Origin: Botryllus schlosseri
Lineage: Eukaryota
Assembly: GCA_051294905.1 (NCBI GenBank)
Contig: CM119372.1
Location: 34,846,001-34,910,000 of the forward strand
Reading direction: 5' to 3'
Length of the DNA stretch: 64,000 nucleotides
A program made the position numbers and the translations under genes. Under the pieces are notes generated by a model. That model ran no database searches. It saw only the letters and a program-made list of their open reading frames with translations, and was not told the DNA's origin. This document shows, piece after piece, positions 28,346 through 40,888 of this stretch (positions are counted from its first letter, which is position 1; every line of letters begins with the position of its first letter).

Positions 28346-28621
28346 GTGGCTGGATCAAAGTTGGTAGTCGTGTTTGTCAATCCTATTTCAATTCACACTA
28401 TGTCAAAGTCCAAATATTTCATTCTGGATTATTTGGATTTACCTTTAGTACATCCCACGAATGTGGATTATTTGGATTTACCTTTAGTACATCCCGCGAA
28501 TGTGGATTATTTGGATTTACCTTTAGTACATCCCGCGAATGGATCCCGATGCGGTACTATAACATTTTTGATAATAATGACTCAAGGATTTTCAATCAAC
28601 AATACTGGAATTTTTTGGTAA
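28346..28621 (+). pseudogene. Diverged adenain-like protease paralogue (mirror copy)
   Basis: Translation identical to 18834-19109. Confidence 0.6.
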
Positions 28622-29575
28622 TGCTAGAGTTGCCAAATGATTAGTTGTGTGTTTTTGTTAAGTGTTTGATTTCAAGTTAATAAAGACAATAACTGTGTAA
28701 TGCACATACTTGTGATTCTTGATTCTTGAAGAGTTATAGTTGGTATTGATTCTATAAGTGCGAAAACAGTGACGCGGAATGTGCGAATAATTCGATGCGG
28801 CTGAAAGTCGGCGTCAGTAATATTCGGGTTACGTTCGATTCACCAAAAACGCGTTAAGGGCTTTGTCAAAGGATTAGAGTTGTACCGATTTAAAACATTC
28901 AGATACGAATCGACTTGATTTGTGTAGTGAGTTTCATTTCAAGTTGATAAACTAACACATTGATTGAATATTTTCATGGATCTTATCACGCAACTAAAGT
29001 CAGCCACTATTCTGGAGGCGTGAAACATATAGCGATCGCGGGCGAGTGACAAATTGTCGGTTTTCCAATCACCGCCTGCGACGGTTCTGTGACAAACTAA
29101 TTACCGAAATATTACCTTGTAGGCGGGTATGAGGGATTGCTATATGTCTGAAGCATTATCCGGTGAGTGGTCGTTGGATTTTAAAATTATATCACGCCCT
29201 TTTGAATAAGCGTTCACTTCACAAAGGATTAGAGTTAGAGCGGAAATAAGTGACAATTTGTCGCTATTCAAGTTACCGCGGTCTGTTATTCGTTACTTGT
29301 TAAATCTTACCAGCGATATCAAGTACTGTGACAAACTGATTACTAAAATTTCGCCGCGTGAGCGAGCCAACACGAGTTTCCAATACGACATGCGAGAGAT
29401 ACCTATACTTGAAAGTACGACGTGCGAGCGCACGCATAAGAACACATGGCGAATCACCACCACAACCTATACCTGTAACGTTATCATGTCGCCGCGTCCA
29501 TAAGAATAACGATATATCATTGTCGTCCAAAATATTACTTATAATTCCTACCTTTGTAACACCAAACCACGAGAG

Positions 29576-30025
29576 ATGACTATTCTGATGTGTTATCTTG
29601 TGAGTGGTCGTAGGATTTTTACAAATATTTCACACCTTTTTAGAGTGTTAGTATGCGAACGCGGTTATGGTCGATATTCGAATCGCCGAACTTATCCAGT
29701 AGATCAGTTACCGAAGAAACCAACTAGCGGAAAATTCGCTATCACCATTAATTACGACGAATCGAGTTTGCCTGGATCTCACTGGGTGTCTATATACAGA
29801 GATGACGATACTCATTTTCATGATTCGCTAGGCTTCGGACCACTAAAACCTCAGATAATCGAATTCCTGGAGCCGGATGAATTTTCAGTGACTGGGAAAC
29901 AGTTACAGAGTAAAACTTCAGATGTGTGTGGAGATCATGCTATCGCATTCTTGATAAAAAGAGCTCAAGGGTTTTCAACCGAGGAATACTTGGATAATTT
30001 TGGCGATGATAAAAAAAGTGAATGA
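29576..30025 (+). CDS. Adenain-like (Polinton/Maverick-type) cysteine protease (mirror copy)
   Basis: One amino-acid difference from 17430-17879; same H/D/Q/C motifs. Confidence 0.85.
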   Translation: MTILMCYLVSGRRIFTNISHLFRVLVCERGYGRYSNRRTYPVDQLPKKPTSGKFAITINYDESSLPGSHWVSIYRDDDTHFHDSLGFGPLKPQIIEFLEPDEFSVTGKQLQSKTSDVCGDHAIAFLIKRAQGFSTEEYLDNFGDDKKSE

Positions 30026-30933
30026 TACGATTGTACGTGTTTTTGTGAAGAGTTTGATTTCAGAGTAATAAACGAATGTGTAAATGTGTATACTTGTGAT
30101 TCTTGTTGCGACTGTGAACAGCAGACTATTCTGTAGGCGCGAAACAGCGAATAAGCCGAAAGTATTATTCAGCTAGCAATCAATAGCGAGGAAAGAGAAC
30201 ACGATCGGTCATTTGACACGACTAAACTACGACATCATATATCATAATTTACGATCAAACTATTTCACACTGACTGGTCTAGTGCAATAATCGATAGTAG
30301 CACGCGGTTGGCCGGGAAATAATTCAGCGCGCAGGTCATTCGAAATATAGGTCGCGCTGCTTAATCCTCACAACAAGCCACGTTTCCGTTTGTGCGGTTA
30401 TTGTTGGTGACTCGTACATATTCAACACCGCGCGAGAGATGGTTGAAAGTGCGCATCACGACCGCACCCATAAGAACACATGGCGAATCAGTAGAAACCG
30501 TGTAATAATACACGACAGCCACATCATCGCCGCGGCCTATATCCACAACGTTAGTTCACTACGACACAAGAATCCGTGGGCACATCATCACCGCAGCCTA
30601 TATCCACAACGTTAGTTCACTACGACACAAGAATCCGTAGGCACATCATCGCCGCAGCCTATACCAGAAAGGGTACCATCATCACCACATAGGTACCTCA
30701 CCGCCGAGAGGGGTTGTAAAAGGGTGCCATCACCACCACGAGTTTTCGCGGCACCTCACCACCGCAGCCTATACCCGAAAGGGTGCCATCATCACCGCAT
30801 CCATAAGAACACATGGCACCTCACCGCCGAGAGGGGGTGTAAAAGGGTGCCATCACCACCACGAGTTTTCAGGCACCTCACCGCCGCGCCCATAAGAGCC
30901 CATTACGAATCGCGAGCGATCTATACTACTACT

Positions 30934-31239
30934 AACAACACCCGGTTTCAAACGTGATCTTGATAATTTCTGAAATTTGTGCTTGTTTCGGCGGGTGATG
31001 TTTGTATCACAGGTGTCTACCATGAAGTCATCAGGAGAGAAATGCTTCGCACACACCCTGGTGTATATTGTTACTATCCAATTTTTGCGTGGAATCGCTC
31101 TAATCCATTTCTGCCGTAAATGTTGCTCTTGTGAAAAAAAAGACGTCCGTTCATGTAAAACTGAGCATTCCTCTACTGTAGAACTTTTTCTGGGATTGTA
31201 TCCAGAACGGCAATTTGGCACACAGCAGGTATATCCCAT
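30934..31239 (-). pseudogene. N-terminal THAP zinc-finger domain of the P-like transposase
   Basis: MGYTCCVPNC...KWIRAIPR..W...VCAKHF...RLKPGVV. It joins PHIFPN at 16516 once the insertion and one TSD copy are removed, restoring the AVPTIF-like box. Confidence 0.9.
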
Positions 31240-32099
31240 TCGTCAATCGTAGTGTCAGCGTCAAATAAATTCAAGTCTAATATAATTAGTTCCAGCAATT
31301 AATGGTGATAAAATGAAAATTAGATGATATAGGCGTGTAAGCATATGAGCCTGTAAGCCTATAGACCTGTATTATGCCTATTGCCTATAGGCATGTAAGC
31401 CTACATGCTTGCAAGCCTACAGGCCGGTAAGCCTATAGGGCCAAAGCCTTGCACGCTGCCCAAAGCCTTGCACGCTGCTCAGTCGCCCACTCGCCCAGCC
31501 TATAGGTCTGTCTGTCCGTCTATATACTGTGTAGCAATAGTGGCTATACGTCTAGACAAAAAAAACACGAGTACAAATCCGCCAGTCACTACCACTACTA
31601 CTGATGTACTGAACGACTCGACTAGTTCTTACCGGTACTTCTCGCGCGTGACAAACCTAACGAGCTGAGTAGCCAATACTGGTACCGCTCCAACGTTTAA
31701 ACTATTAAAACTTATCCTCAGTTCACTTCAGTAAGATCTACGGTCAGACCATCCCGTGCATCAATAGTAACGACGCAGTTAGCGATGAACGCAAACCCTC
31801 AATTACAATTAGAATTTGTACCGGCACTGCTCAAACGCGATCGTCATCGACCTTTCGCACGAGATTTATGAAACAGTTTGCCAGCTAACTTACGATGTAC
31901 GATCGTCCCTAACCTATCTAGTAGATGCCTGGCGAACAGTATATATCCCTGAATTGACAAATAACAACGCACACAATTTTAACTGCGAGCGCAACGATAT
32001 TCCTTCACCTCAACTGCTGTTTGACAAGAATGCCCTCATTCCGTCATTGAGTACGCGGTCACGTGACTAGTTATCAATCCCGTAGTCTAGATATCCCTG

Positions 32100-32330
32100 T
32101 GTGGGAATATTGCGATGTTAGGCTTCTTGAGGTGTTGATGACTTAGTCTCTTCAGTCGCTGTTGGTTCAACAGGAACGGTGGTTGACTACTGTCTGATTT
32201 CTGTAATATTATGATTGCACCATCGCCATCCCCGCTAGTAGGGCACTTTTCCTGATTTTCATCAGACATCTCGGTGTTGTCAGTAATCACAATTGATATG
32301 TGGTTCTGGCTATTATCTTCTTTACGACTC
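32100..32330 (-). pseudogene. 5' part of the interrupted host exon
   Basis: Splice acceptor TATTTTTTAG| at ~32331. The frame STTVPVEPTATEETKSSTPQEA*HRN joins IPTSDNVD at 13022. Stops and a frameshift are present. Confidence 0.5.
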
Positions 32331-33609
32331 CTAAAAAATAAGCGATCAAATGTGATGCTGCGGTTCTGTTTGAATATAATATATTTAGCTACGAAGGATT
32401 TGCAGTCATAGGGTTACCATATTTTGGAATCGGGAAAGTAAAGACACTTTTACCAAATCAGAAAACATCCAATTTTGCTGGAAAATTTGTGGAGTTGACT
32501 AAAAAACAAGACGTCACTTTCAATCGGCTCCCGGATGACCCGCTCCAATGTCCGTATAGTAGCTATTTAGAGTCATTTATGCCGATTTACAGTCGAACAT
32601 TTCCATTATCGTAGCTGTAAAATCTGTAAAAGAGAACGAATTGCCAAAAAGGAGGACATTTAGGCGTCCTCGGAGGACATTTTGAAAAGCCTGAAAAGGA
32701 GGACTAATCCTCCTAGATGAGGACGTATGGCAACCCAAGCAGTATTGCTACTAGGGTTGGTATGAACAATCGTTCACGTTAGTGTTATCTGCAATGCTAT
32801 ATTTAGGTCCATGATTCAACATGATTCAGAGGGTCAAAAGATTCTCACCCATTCAATACTGGGTGCTAATGCGGGTCCTTGATGGTGCGAAATGACCTCG
32901 GATCTATTACAATGCGTGGACGGAAAGACAAACACGTTTCCAGATGTCACTCCAATTTTCCAAAATTCAAAGAAATTTAATCCGGATTTCTGCTAATTCC
33001 GATGACAAGGGCCAAAACACACATAGGCGAAGACATAGCGTACATTTCTTTGGAATACCCGTGGTCCCGCAATGTGATGTCACAGATTCATGCTCATGCT
33101 CACGTTAATCCTCCCACGGACGAGAACCTTTCAGTGGTTCGCTTTAACACCATCCCTCAGTGGCTACTGATCACAATATTTATATGCTCATCGTGATCAA
33201 CAGGAGAACGACCATTATAATAAATATTGATTAACCGATATCATTCGTTACCTCTAACTCCGCAGAAATATCATTATTACAGTACCGATAGGAGCGATAT
33301 GTCTACCAGACTGCAACGAGAGGGGTATGGTTCCAGTGAATATGGAAATGCCCGGTTTAGCTCAATAGGACAGTAACTATGGTAGGCTGTATTGTTTAGT
33401 GCAGTGGTTCTTAACCTTGCCTCCAGCGCCCCCCAATGTGCGCTGGCGATTTTGAAGGGGGCGTAAACGCGCGGGGGGGGATATGGGGGGCGCTCGGCTA
33501 AGGGGGCGGTATGGGGGCGCTGGAGAAAAATGGCTTCGCAGTAGATGATGTGATTGTAGGACCTATCCTTAATGAGTATTCAGAGCAAATTAACACCGAA
33601 AACATCGTT

Positions 33610-34630
33610 ATATATAGACTACAAAAGACGTATAGGTTTAATTGTCCATGGGCGCCTAAATGACTGGCACCGAATTTTCCTGTCTTGGCAATCTGAACCC
33701 CAGAAGACGAATTCCATCTGGCAGGGAAAAATTATATGCCAGTGAAGAAATACCAATTTGAAATCGTGTGCGTCTTTTCGTTTAGTACGATTGGGCGACA
33801 GGGATATTTAAAACTAGATATTCCTGTCGGGCGATATCCCTGTTGGGTGATTCTATATTTTTTGATATAGCAGACAGGAGGTCACGAAATAACATCGTGC
33901 AACGAAGTCATATCAACGGGCTCGCCCGCCCGAATATGTTTAAATATTAGTTACGGGCCCTACAGTTTCCAAGACACCTCACAATGTTCGCTCTACGTTT
34001 TGATGAGTCTGCGCACACTCAACAACTCACTGCGCAGACCCGTGTACAACAGTGCGTAACGACTAAAAAAAGGTCATAACTTCGGATTTGTTGTGCGCAA
34101 CGTAGATTTTCTGTGCGCAGAGACCGTGTCAGCACTGCGCACGTGCACAGCTTAGAGGGAACATTTCACCTCACTCAGCTCTACCGGTAAATCTGGTAAC
34201 GTGAGCAGAGAGGACAAGAAATTGATAGCAATATATATGCCATTCCCGATCTTATGACCGATTTTATCATGAATTATCGAATGTTTTCGCGCTTCGCACT
34301 GGCTCGCTAAACAGTACAGCTAATTTCGTGGCAAAAGCGAACAACGTGATGGGAGGCGGTCGGTTTATCACCCTATGGAAGCCCAAGATCCAAGTTTTCT
34401 CGGGGGGCCTGACGACGTGCCGTTTCGTTCCTGCCATCGGGTATACGCCCGAAGATGTATAATTATTATTGAGGGGTCCTACCTTTTCAATCACACATCA
34501 CTCAGCAATTCCCGATCATATTGACCAATTAAATCATTATTCATTGAACTTTGGGCACCCAATGTAGATGACTAGTATCAGCAAATAGCGGATAGCCGAA
34601 GGGGGGTCTGGGGGCGAAGCCCCCGGGAGT
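33610..34630. mobile_element. Diverged inverted relative of the 13143-14423 repeat, with nested small insertions
   Basis: Reverse-complement homology to ~13200-14090. Confidence 0.6.
33983..34166. mobile_element. hAT-like MITE
   Basis: Ends AATGTTCGCTCTA / TAGAGGGAACATT; flanked by CACCTCAC on both sides. Confidence 0.6.
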
Positions 34631-34707
34631 TTGGTTTATCTTATATATGTATTTACCACATATTCATTCATGCATTATAGAATATTTTGGTACCTAGGGC
34701 AACCGGG

Positions 34708-37700
34708 AGTATTATAGTAGATCGGTCTGGGGGTGGCAGAGGCTCTTATGGGTGCGGTCGCACGGTGCCGAGAAACTCGTAGTGGCACGGTGACCCTTAT
34801 CTCTTATGGGTGCGGTCGCACGGTGCCATTGTGTCTTATGGCGGGGGTGGCACGGTTACCTTTTCGGGTATAGGCTGCGGCGGCACGGTGCCGCGAAAAC
34901 TCATGGTGGCATGGTTACCTTTTCGGGTATACGCGCAGTGGCACGGTGACCCTTCGGGTATGTCCTGTTGATGATTTGACTAACGTTGCGGGTATAGGCG
35001 CGGCGGCACGGTGTTGAATAAGTATCAAGTAAATAGTCACGTGATTGGTTCTTAGTTATTGTGTATATCACAAATTAATATATATGACCAATTTGAAGTA
35101 ATCCCAACGTTTACGGTGAGTGCGACAGTGATATATCGTTATTCTTATGGCGGGGGTCGCAAGCGGCTCTTGTGTCTTATGGCGGGGGTGGCAAGCGGCT
35201 ATTGTGTCTTGTGGTCGCACGGTAACCCTTTTCAGCATAGGGATCGGTCGCACGCGGCTTCGTTGTTGGCATGTCGTACTTTCGGGAATAGACTGCAGGC
35301 GGCATGTCGTACTTTTAGCAAAAAAGGGTGTGAAATAGTTTGCTAAATCTAGGAATCACTTGCTTGGTAATATTTTGGTAATTAGTTTGCCACAGAGCCG
35401 GCGTAGACGGCGATTCAAATACCAACAATAGCCGCGTTCACATACTAACACTTCAAAAAGGTGTGAAATATTTGTAAAATCCTACGATCGCCCACAAGAT
35501 AACACCTCAGACATAGTCATCTTTCACGACTTGGTCTAATAGCCATACCGATCGCTCACGCGGTGAAATTTTAGTAATCTGTTTGTCACAGAACTTGATT
35601 TCGCTGGTAAGATTTAATAGGTAACGACTAACAGAACCGCCAGTGTCGGTAACTTGAATACCAACAAATTGCCACTTATTTCCATCCTAACCCTAATCCT
35701 TTGTGAGGTTACCGCATACTCAAATAGGTGGGGAATAATTGTAAAATCCCACGATCGCTCACAAGGGTAAGGAATAACCGAACCACAACGGCGGCGACTT
35801 GAATACTATCAAATTGTCAATTGTTGGTATAACTCGAATCTTGACTTGACCAACTTTCAACTGCGTTTCCGGATCATTCACACATTCCACGCCGCTGTTT
35901 TAACACTTATAGAATCAATACCAACTATCTCTAACCCGATAATATTCAATCATTTTAGTAATTTACCTACTTTAAATCCGTTCGCCAGATGTACTACAGG
36001 TAAACTGAGATAATCCTTGAAACTGACAACTCTATTCACGACTCCGTTTCCGTTTGTAAAATAGAGTTTCAGAAATACTATCACTATGACAACTCAACAT
36101 TTTAACATCTTGCCATGCACAAAAGAGTAAAATACAAAAACCTTGGTAAGTCAATCCGTTTGTAGTAACTCACCAAACCAAAACAAAAAGTGTCCGTATG
36201 AAAAGTAGACAAGACTACGCGAGTAATCACTACAGCCCACAAACATACCAACTCAGTTGTATCCATATCCCGTCTTTTTATTCAACTGTAAGATGAAGTA
36301 ATTACTACTTGGCGCGCGACTTGAGATTAACATGTGTTTTGAATATAAGACATTCGAAAGTCTGGCCAACGTAATTAAGAATTCATTTCTTGCGATCAAA
36401 CGCCGGTGTTACATTGAAAGTTATCATACTGCAAACATAAGGATTGACACAGTGATTTGACATATGACGTATATTTTGTAATGTTCGACCATGACTTGGT
36501 TATTAAATTATTCACGGTAATTAGACTCGGTGTTTTGGTAAAGGTTATTATGACAGCAACAAACTTTTCATTATCATGGTTATTAAAACATCAAATTGTT
36601 AAGCCAGACTTACATGTGCGAAATATTCTTGATTCGGATATTATTCCGGATTGGTACAAAACAATCGTTGTATTGCAGACAACAGAAAATGCTTTAAAAA
36701 TGCAATCGTTTACAATAATTAGGACTAAAGATGAAACAACAATATCGGTATTATTACATTCAACAACCAGTACAATTATTAAAATCCATCGTTTGCGATA
36801 ACCGGTGCTAAAGATGTAATAATTCCATTATTCATACATTGAACACCCGATACAAAATGCTTTATTATCGCGATTCGCAACGGGTAATTGAAATGTAGAG
36901 TCAGTATATCACAATATCGTTACTATTGAATCCAACAATTGATACGATTTATTGTCGGAATTTGTGACAGCGAATTGAAACATCCATACCTTACAGAGTG
37001 TGAAAATATCACTTTAGGTATCGAGTACCAGTAGAAGTGGGTGAACAATACTTAATTCGTGACTCGTCGTTGTACTTGCTAAATGTAAAAAATTACACGG
37101 TTACACTCTAAGACCTTGATCAGCACAAGAGCAATTTGGAATATCATTACTGGCTGCAACCTATTCTACTAGACAAAACCCACAGCGATAATAAAATCAA
37201 AATATGTGCTACACTGAAATCTACAAAATTAGGGATCATACATTATCATATGAATATTCTAAAGTAATTATAATCATAAAACCAAACCGCTGAAAGTCAT
37301 TACCACCCCCACAAAACAATTTGTATTATATTCACCAAACGCATCACAACTCAGTATACAGAAATTATTTGTAGAGTGCATACCGACAAAGAAATCATGA
37401 ACACAACCAACACCGAAAATGATAAACACGTTTCGCGTTACTATTGAGACAAGTTCATTTCTATCGGGCGAAATAAATGCCACCAAAAAACTCACAGCAT
37501 GCAAAGGTCTTGATTGATATGCATTTCAATTTGTGTCTCATGATACCAGCAGGCATTTTAGACATATTACGAATTGTTAAACCAAAGTCGTACGTCCGAT
37601 TAATAGTTGATTGGAAACTTGTTCACGTACCTCAACCATTACAGAAAAGTATAACACCATTGCCCGACAATCTTTTACAAAAGGGATCGAAACCAAGTCA

Positions 37701-40700
37701 CTCAAAGTCGTCGCCGTCACATAAACAATTTGTACGACGTTTGCTAAATGCGTCCTATAGTTAGGTGTACTAGAAATATTTGTAAAACACGCTATTGTGA
37801 AGAAATCGACGAAAAGATATCCTACACCTAAATCTGGTAAAACCATTTTGCACTTTTTGCTCGTTAGTATAGTATCCATTTGAATTTTTCCATTTCCTGT
37901 CGTCAAAGTAGATGTAATCATAGTCACTAAAGAACTTACTTGGACGTGCTTGAATTCTAGACATAGTTCTGATTTACCCGACACAAGACCCAAGGACAAC
38001 CCTAGTTTCAACCGAGCACACATATCCAAAATATCACACACACTTCGCTATTCCTAAAGCCCAAACACCCGATACAAAATATTACTTGTTGTGTTGTTGC
38101 GGTATCATCTTCACAATATCACACACAATACGAATGATGGTTATGTGTAACATGCTATCGACTTGAATCTCATCAACACGGAAGAGGATTTACTCACTCT
38201 TTACATAACGATATTGGCCAACATCACGTCGTCGGTGTGTACCGTTTTTTCTAGATACAAACTACGCTAGCGTAGCGGAAAATAATTTAGTGTAACCAAA
38301 AACAATTTTCACTCTCTTGACTTATGAAAACAACAGACGAGTCTTCATTCAATATGTTGTTTGTGTCAACTAGTTACTTTGTATGATACGACTGATACCC
38401 CCGCGACTTTTTTCAGATCACAATATGAAAGATATTTACATCACACAAAAGACCCCTCTTGATATTCCATACTATACTAAACTGTGGAATGGTTGGTCAG
38501 ACTCTACAAAACGTTTGACATCGTTTTTACACGAACAGTCGCGCATCTAAATATTCAAATAATCCAGTACACAGCTATAGTACTTACAGAAATATCATAT
38601 AGTTCTTGTAACATAGTTGTATGAATATACCATTCAATTGTATATTGAAGTTTTGCACCTCCAAGAAGCTCTTCAAAGTTGTATGTGTACAATGTATACC
38701 GTGAGTCCTACACATTCGTGATATCCACCCGAGTTTGACTTTTAGAAAATATTATATCGATATCGCGACATCTTTCAAAAACAAAACCACGGTGACTGCT
38801 TGAGAGAGGCCTACCGATGATATCACAGTAATACAGTTACTTCCACAAAAGAGTCTGTATTCGACTTACTTTCCACAAATCTAATGCACAAAATAATTTA
38901 CTTTGCTAACGAAAAGTGCTGAGTCATCACATGGTTGTCCTCACAACAATACAACTAAAACATACTATCATACAAAATGGTCGTTATAGTTTGCACACCA
39001 ACGATACATCGTTCAAGTAACAAGTCTCGAGAATCCAGTTATTGAAAAAACGTGAAAGTGTTTCTACGCCAAGTCGTTATGTTGACGAAAGCGTATATTG
39101 TAATATCATGGTCGATTTGCATTCGCTGGTCAGTGGTCACAAACTGTCACTACTCTAAATAATTATTTTTCACTCAAACACAAAAGCATACTTGTCACCA
39201 TTCGTTTTCATCAAGCACGAGTTCAAGAAACTTACTGCGACATGAATTGTTATTTTTATGTTGTGTAAATACATAATAATTAATTTTAGTAACACTATAT
39301 CAACATCATCGAGTTGTGCGAATATATTTACATGTAGTCTTGTGGTTTTAATCGAAGCACACAGCGTGTTCTAATGTAGAGTCATCTCTATTGTACAACA
39401 ACTCGGTAATCGAAATGTATGCATTAACATTTAAAAAGCGATCTTGTTTCGTCACGCGAAAAATATGTTCACTATCGCGATACTCTGCACAGGGAGTGCA
39501 AATCCTTTTCACACTCGTAATAGTATACCAACGGCTACTGGCGACAACGTTTAACAATACCAACGACACTAAACATACGATACCTACCCAAGTAAAATTA
39601 CCATTTTCACCTGGAGGTCAGGCGTTACCAGAGTAAAAAATACCATTGTACTTTGGAGATTTATCGTTTACCCAGTGTAACAATACATTTTCACTTGAGG
39701 GTCTATCGTTTCCTAGAGTAACAAACTCCTTTTCCTTTGGAAATCTATTTTTTCCCTGGGTTACAAACCTTTTTCACTTGGAAATATATTTTTTCACCGG
39801 GTAACAAACCTTTTTCACTTGGAAATATATTTTTTCCCGGAACAACAAACCTTTTTCACTTGGAAATATATTTTTTCTCTGGGTAACAAACCTTTTTAAC
39901 TTGGAAATATATTTTTTCCCTGAGCAACAAACCATTTTCACTTGGTGGGTCGTCGTTTACCTGAGTAAAAATATAATTTTCCTTTGGAGATCCGGCGTTT
40001 ACCCAGTGTAACAAACCATTTTCACTTGGAAAAATACTTTTACCTAGAGTAACTAATCATTTTCTTTTAGAAATATATTTTCTCCCTGGGTAACAAACCC
40101 TTTTCGTTTGGAAAACTATCATTTGCCTGAGTACCAATACCGTTTTCACTTGGAAATCTATCTTTTCCCTCGGTAACAATACCATTTTCGTTTTGAAAAC
40201 TGACAACCACACCGGGCAATTTGATATTTTTATATATTGTTACAACGGGTAGCGACAAAATATACACCAACAACAACTCCATACATTTGTGCAATCGCAT
40301 ATTCACTTGGTCTGATGCATCCCATCAAAATCCTCAGTTACCCACCTGCAATGTGCTGTTGTACATCGATGTGTATGTTTTGGAAATTGGACAATAGATT
40401 TCGACATGTCTGTGATGTCCGGGTTCGTGCTTTGGATTTTCCAGAGTCAAAATGTCTGAATAAACACCTCCTCGACGATGGTTGGTACGTGGATAACGTT
40501 GTTCGGAAAACGGTTGGATTTATGTCACCCATCGCGATAACAATTCCGGGTCGAGTTTTCTCCCACATGTTTACTATATTGTGTCTTTGTTGGTCAATGT
40601 ATGTCTCGACAGTCAGTTTGAAATCGGAAACCCTGATAAAGTACGTAACCGGATCCGGATATCTACCCTGAATCGATAAACCAACGAACAATATTCAAAG

Positions 40701-40888
40701 TAAACATGTTACACCCTGTGTTTCCACGAAAAAATACCATCAAGACATACGTCGCGCTTGTTTGCCCACACCAGTATACGCGTAAATGGAGGTGTGTGAC
40801 ATTGCATTCAATGTGTTGGTAAACAAACATCGGGGAGTAAACCGTCGATCCACAGACATTATCATAGCCGGTAATTTTGATGCAGATC
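34708..40888 (+). mobile_element. Palindromic-family element copy 3, solo left arm (spacer and right arm missing)
   Basis: Starts AGTATTATAGTAGATCGGTC, followed by subterminal repeats. Colinear with the arms of copies 1 and 2, including the 41-bp array. Stops 57 bp before the usual inner junction. Confidence 0.85.

Larger units (their letters stand above)
16523..30933. mobile_element. Giant palindromic Polinton/Maverick-derived element, copy 2 (complete, 14,411 bp)
   Basis: Arms 16523-23337 and 24158-30933 are near-identical inverted repeats; the spacer is 23338-24157. Termini AGTAGTAGTATAGATCG...CGATCTATACTACTACT; 6-bp TSD AACAAC at 16517-16522 and 30934-30939. Each arm carries an adenain-like protease. 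Confidence 0.92.
13023..32099 (-). mobile_element. P-element-like (THAP transposase) DNA transposon carrying nested insertions
   Basis: TIRs CAGGGATATCTAGACTAGGGATTGATAACT (13023) and AGTTATCAATCCCGTAGTCTAGATATCCCTG (32069-32099). Flanking duplication TGTGGGAAT at 13014-13022 and 32100-32108. Encloses THAP/P-type transposase fragments. Confidence 0.8.

Noticed and set aside
16523..30933. Giant palindromes as assembly or amplification chimeras
   Set aside because: The exact TSD restores a split THAP frame, the arms differ by SNPs and indels, and two diverged copies share the same spacer junction. A raw-read check is still advisable.
32409..32738. TAGGGTTACCATA...TATGGCAACCC MITE
   Set aside because: Probably a real hAT-type MITE, but the TSD is degenerate and the boundaries are uncertain, so it is not listed as a feature.
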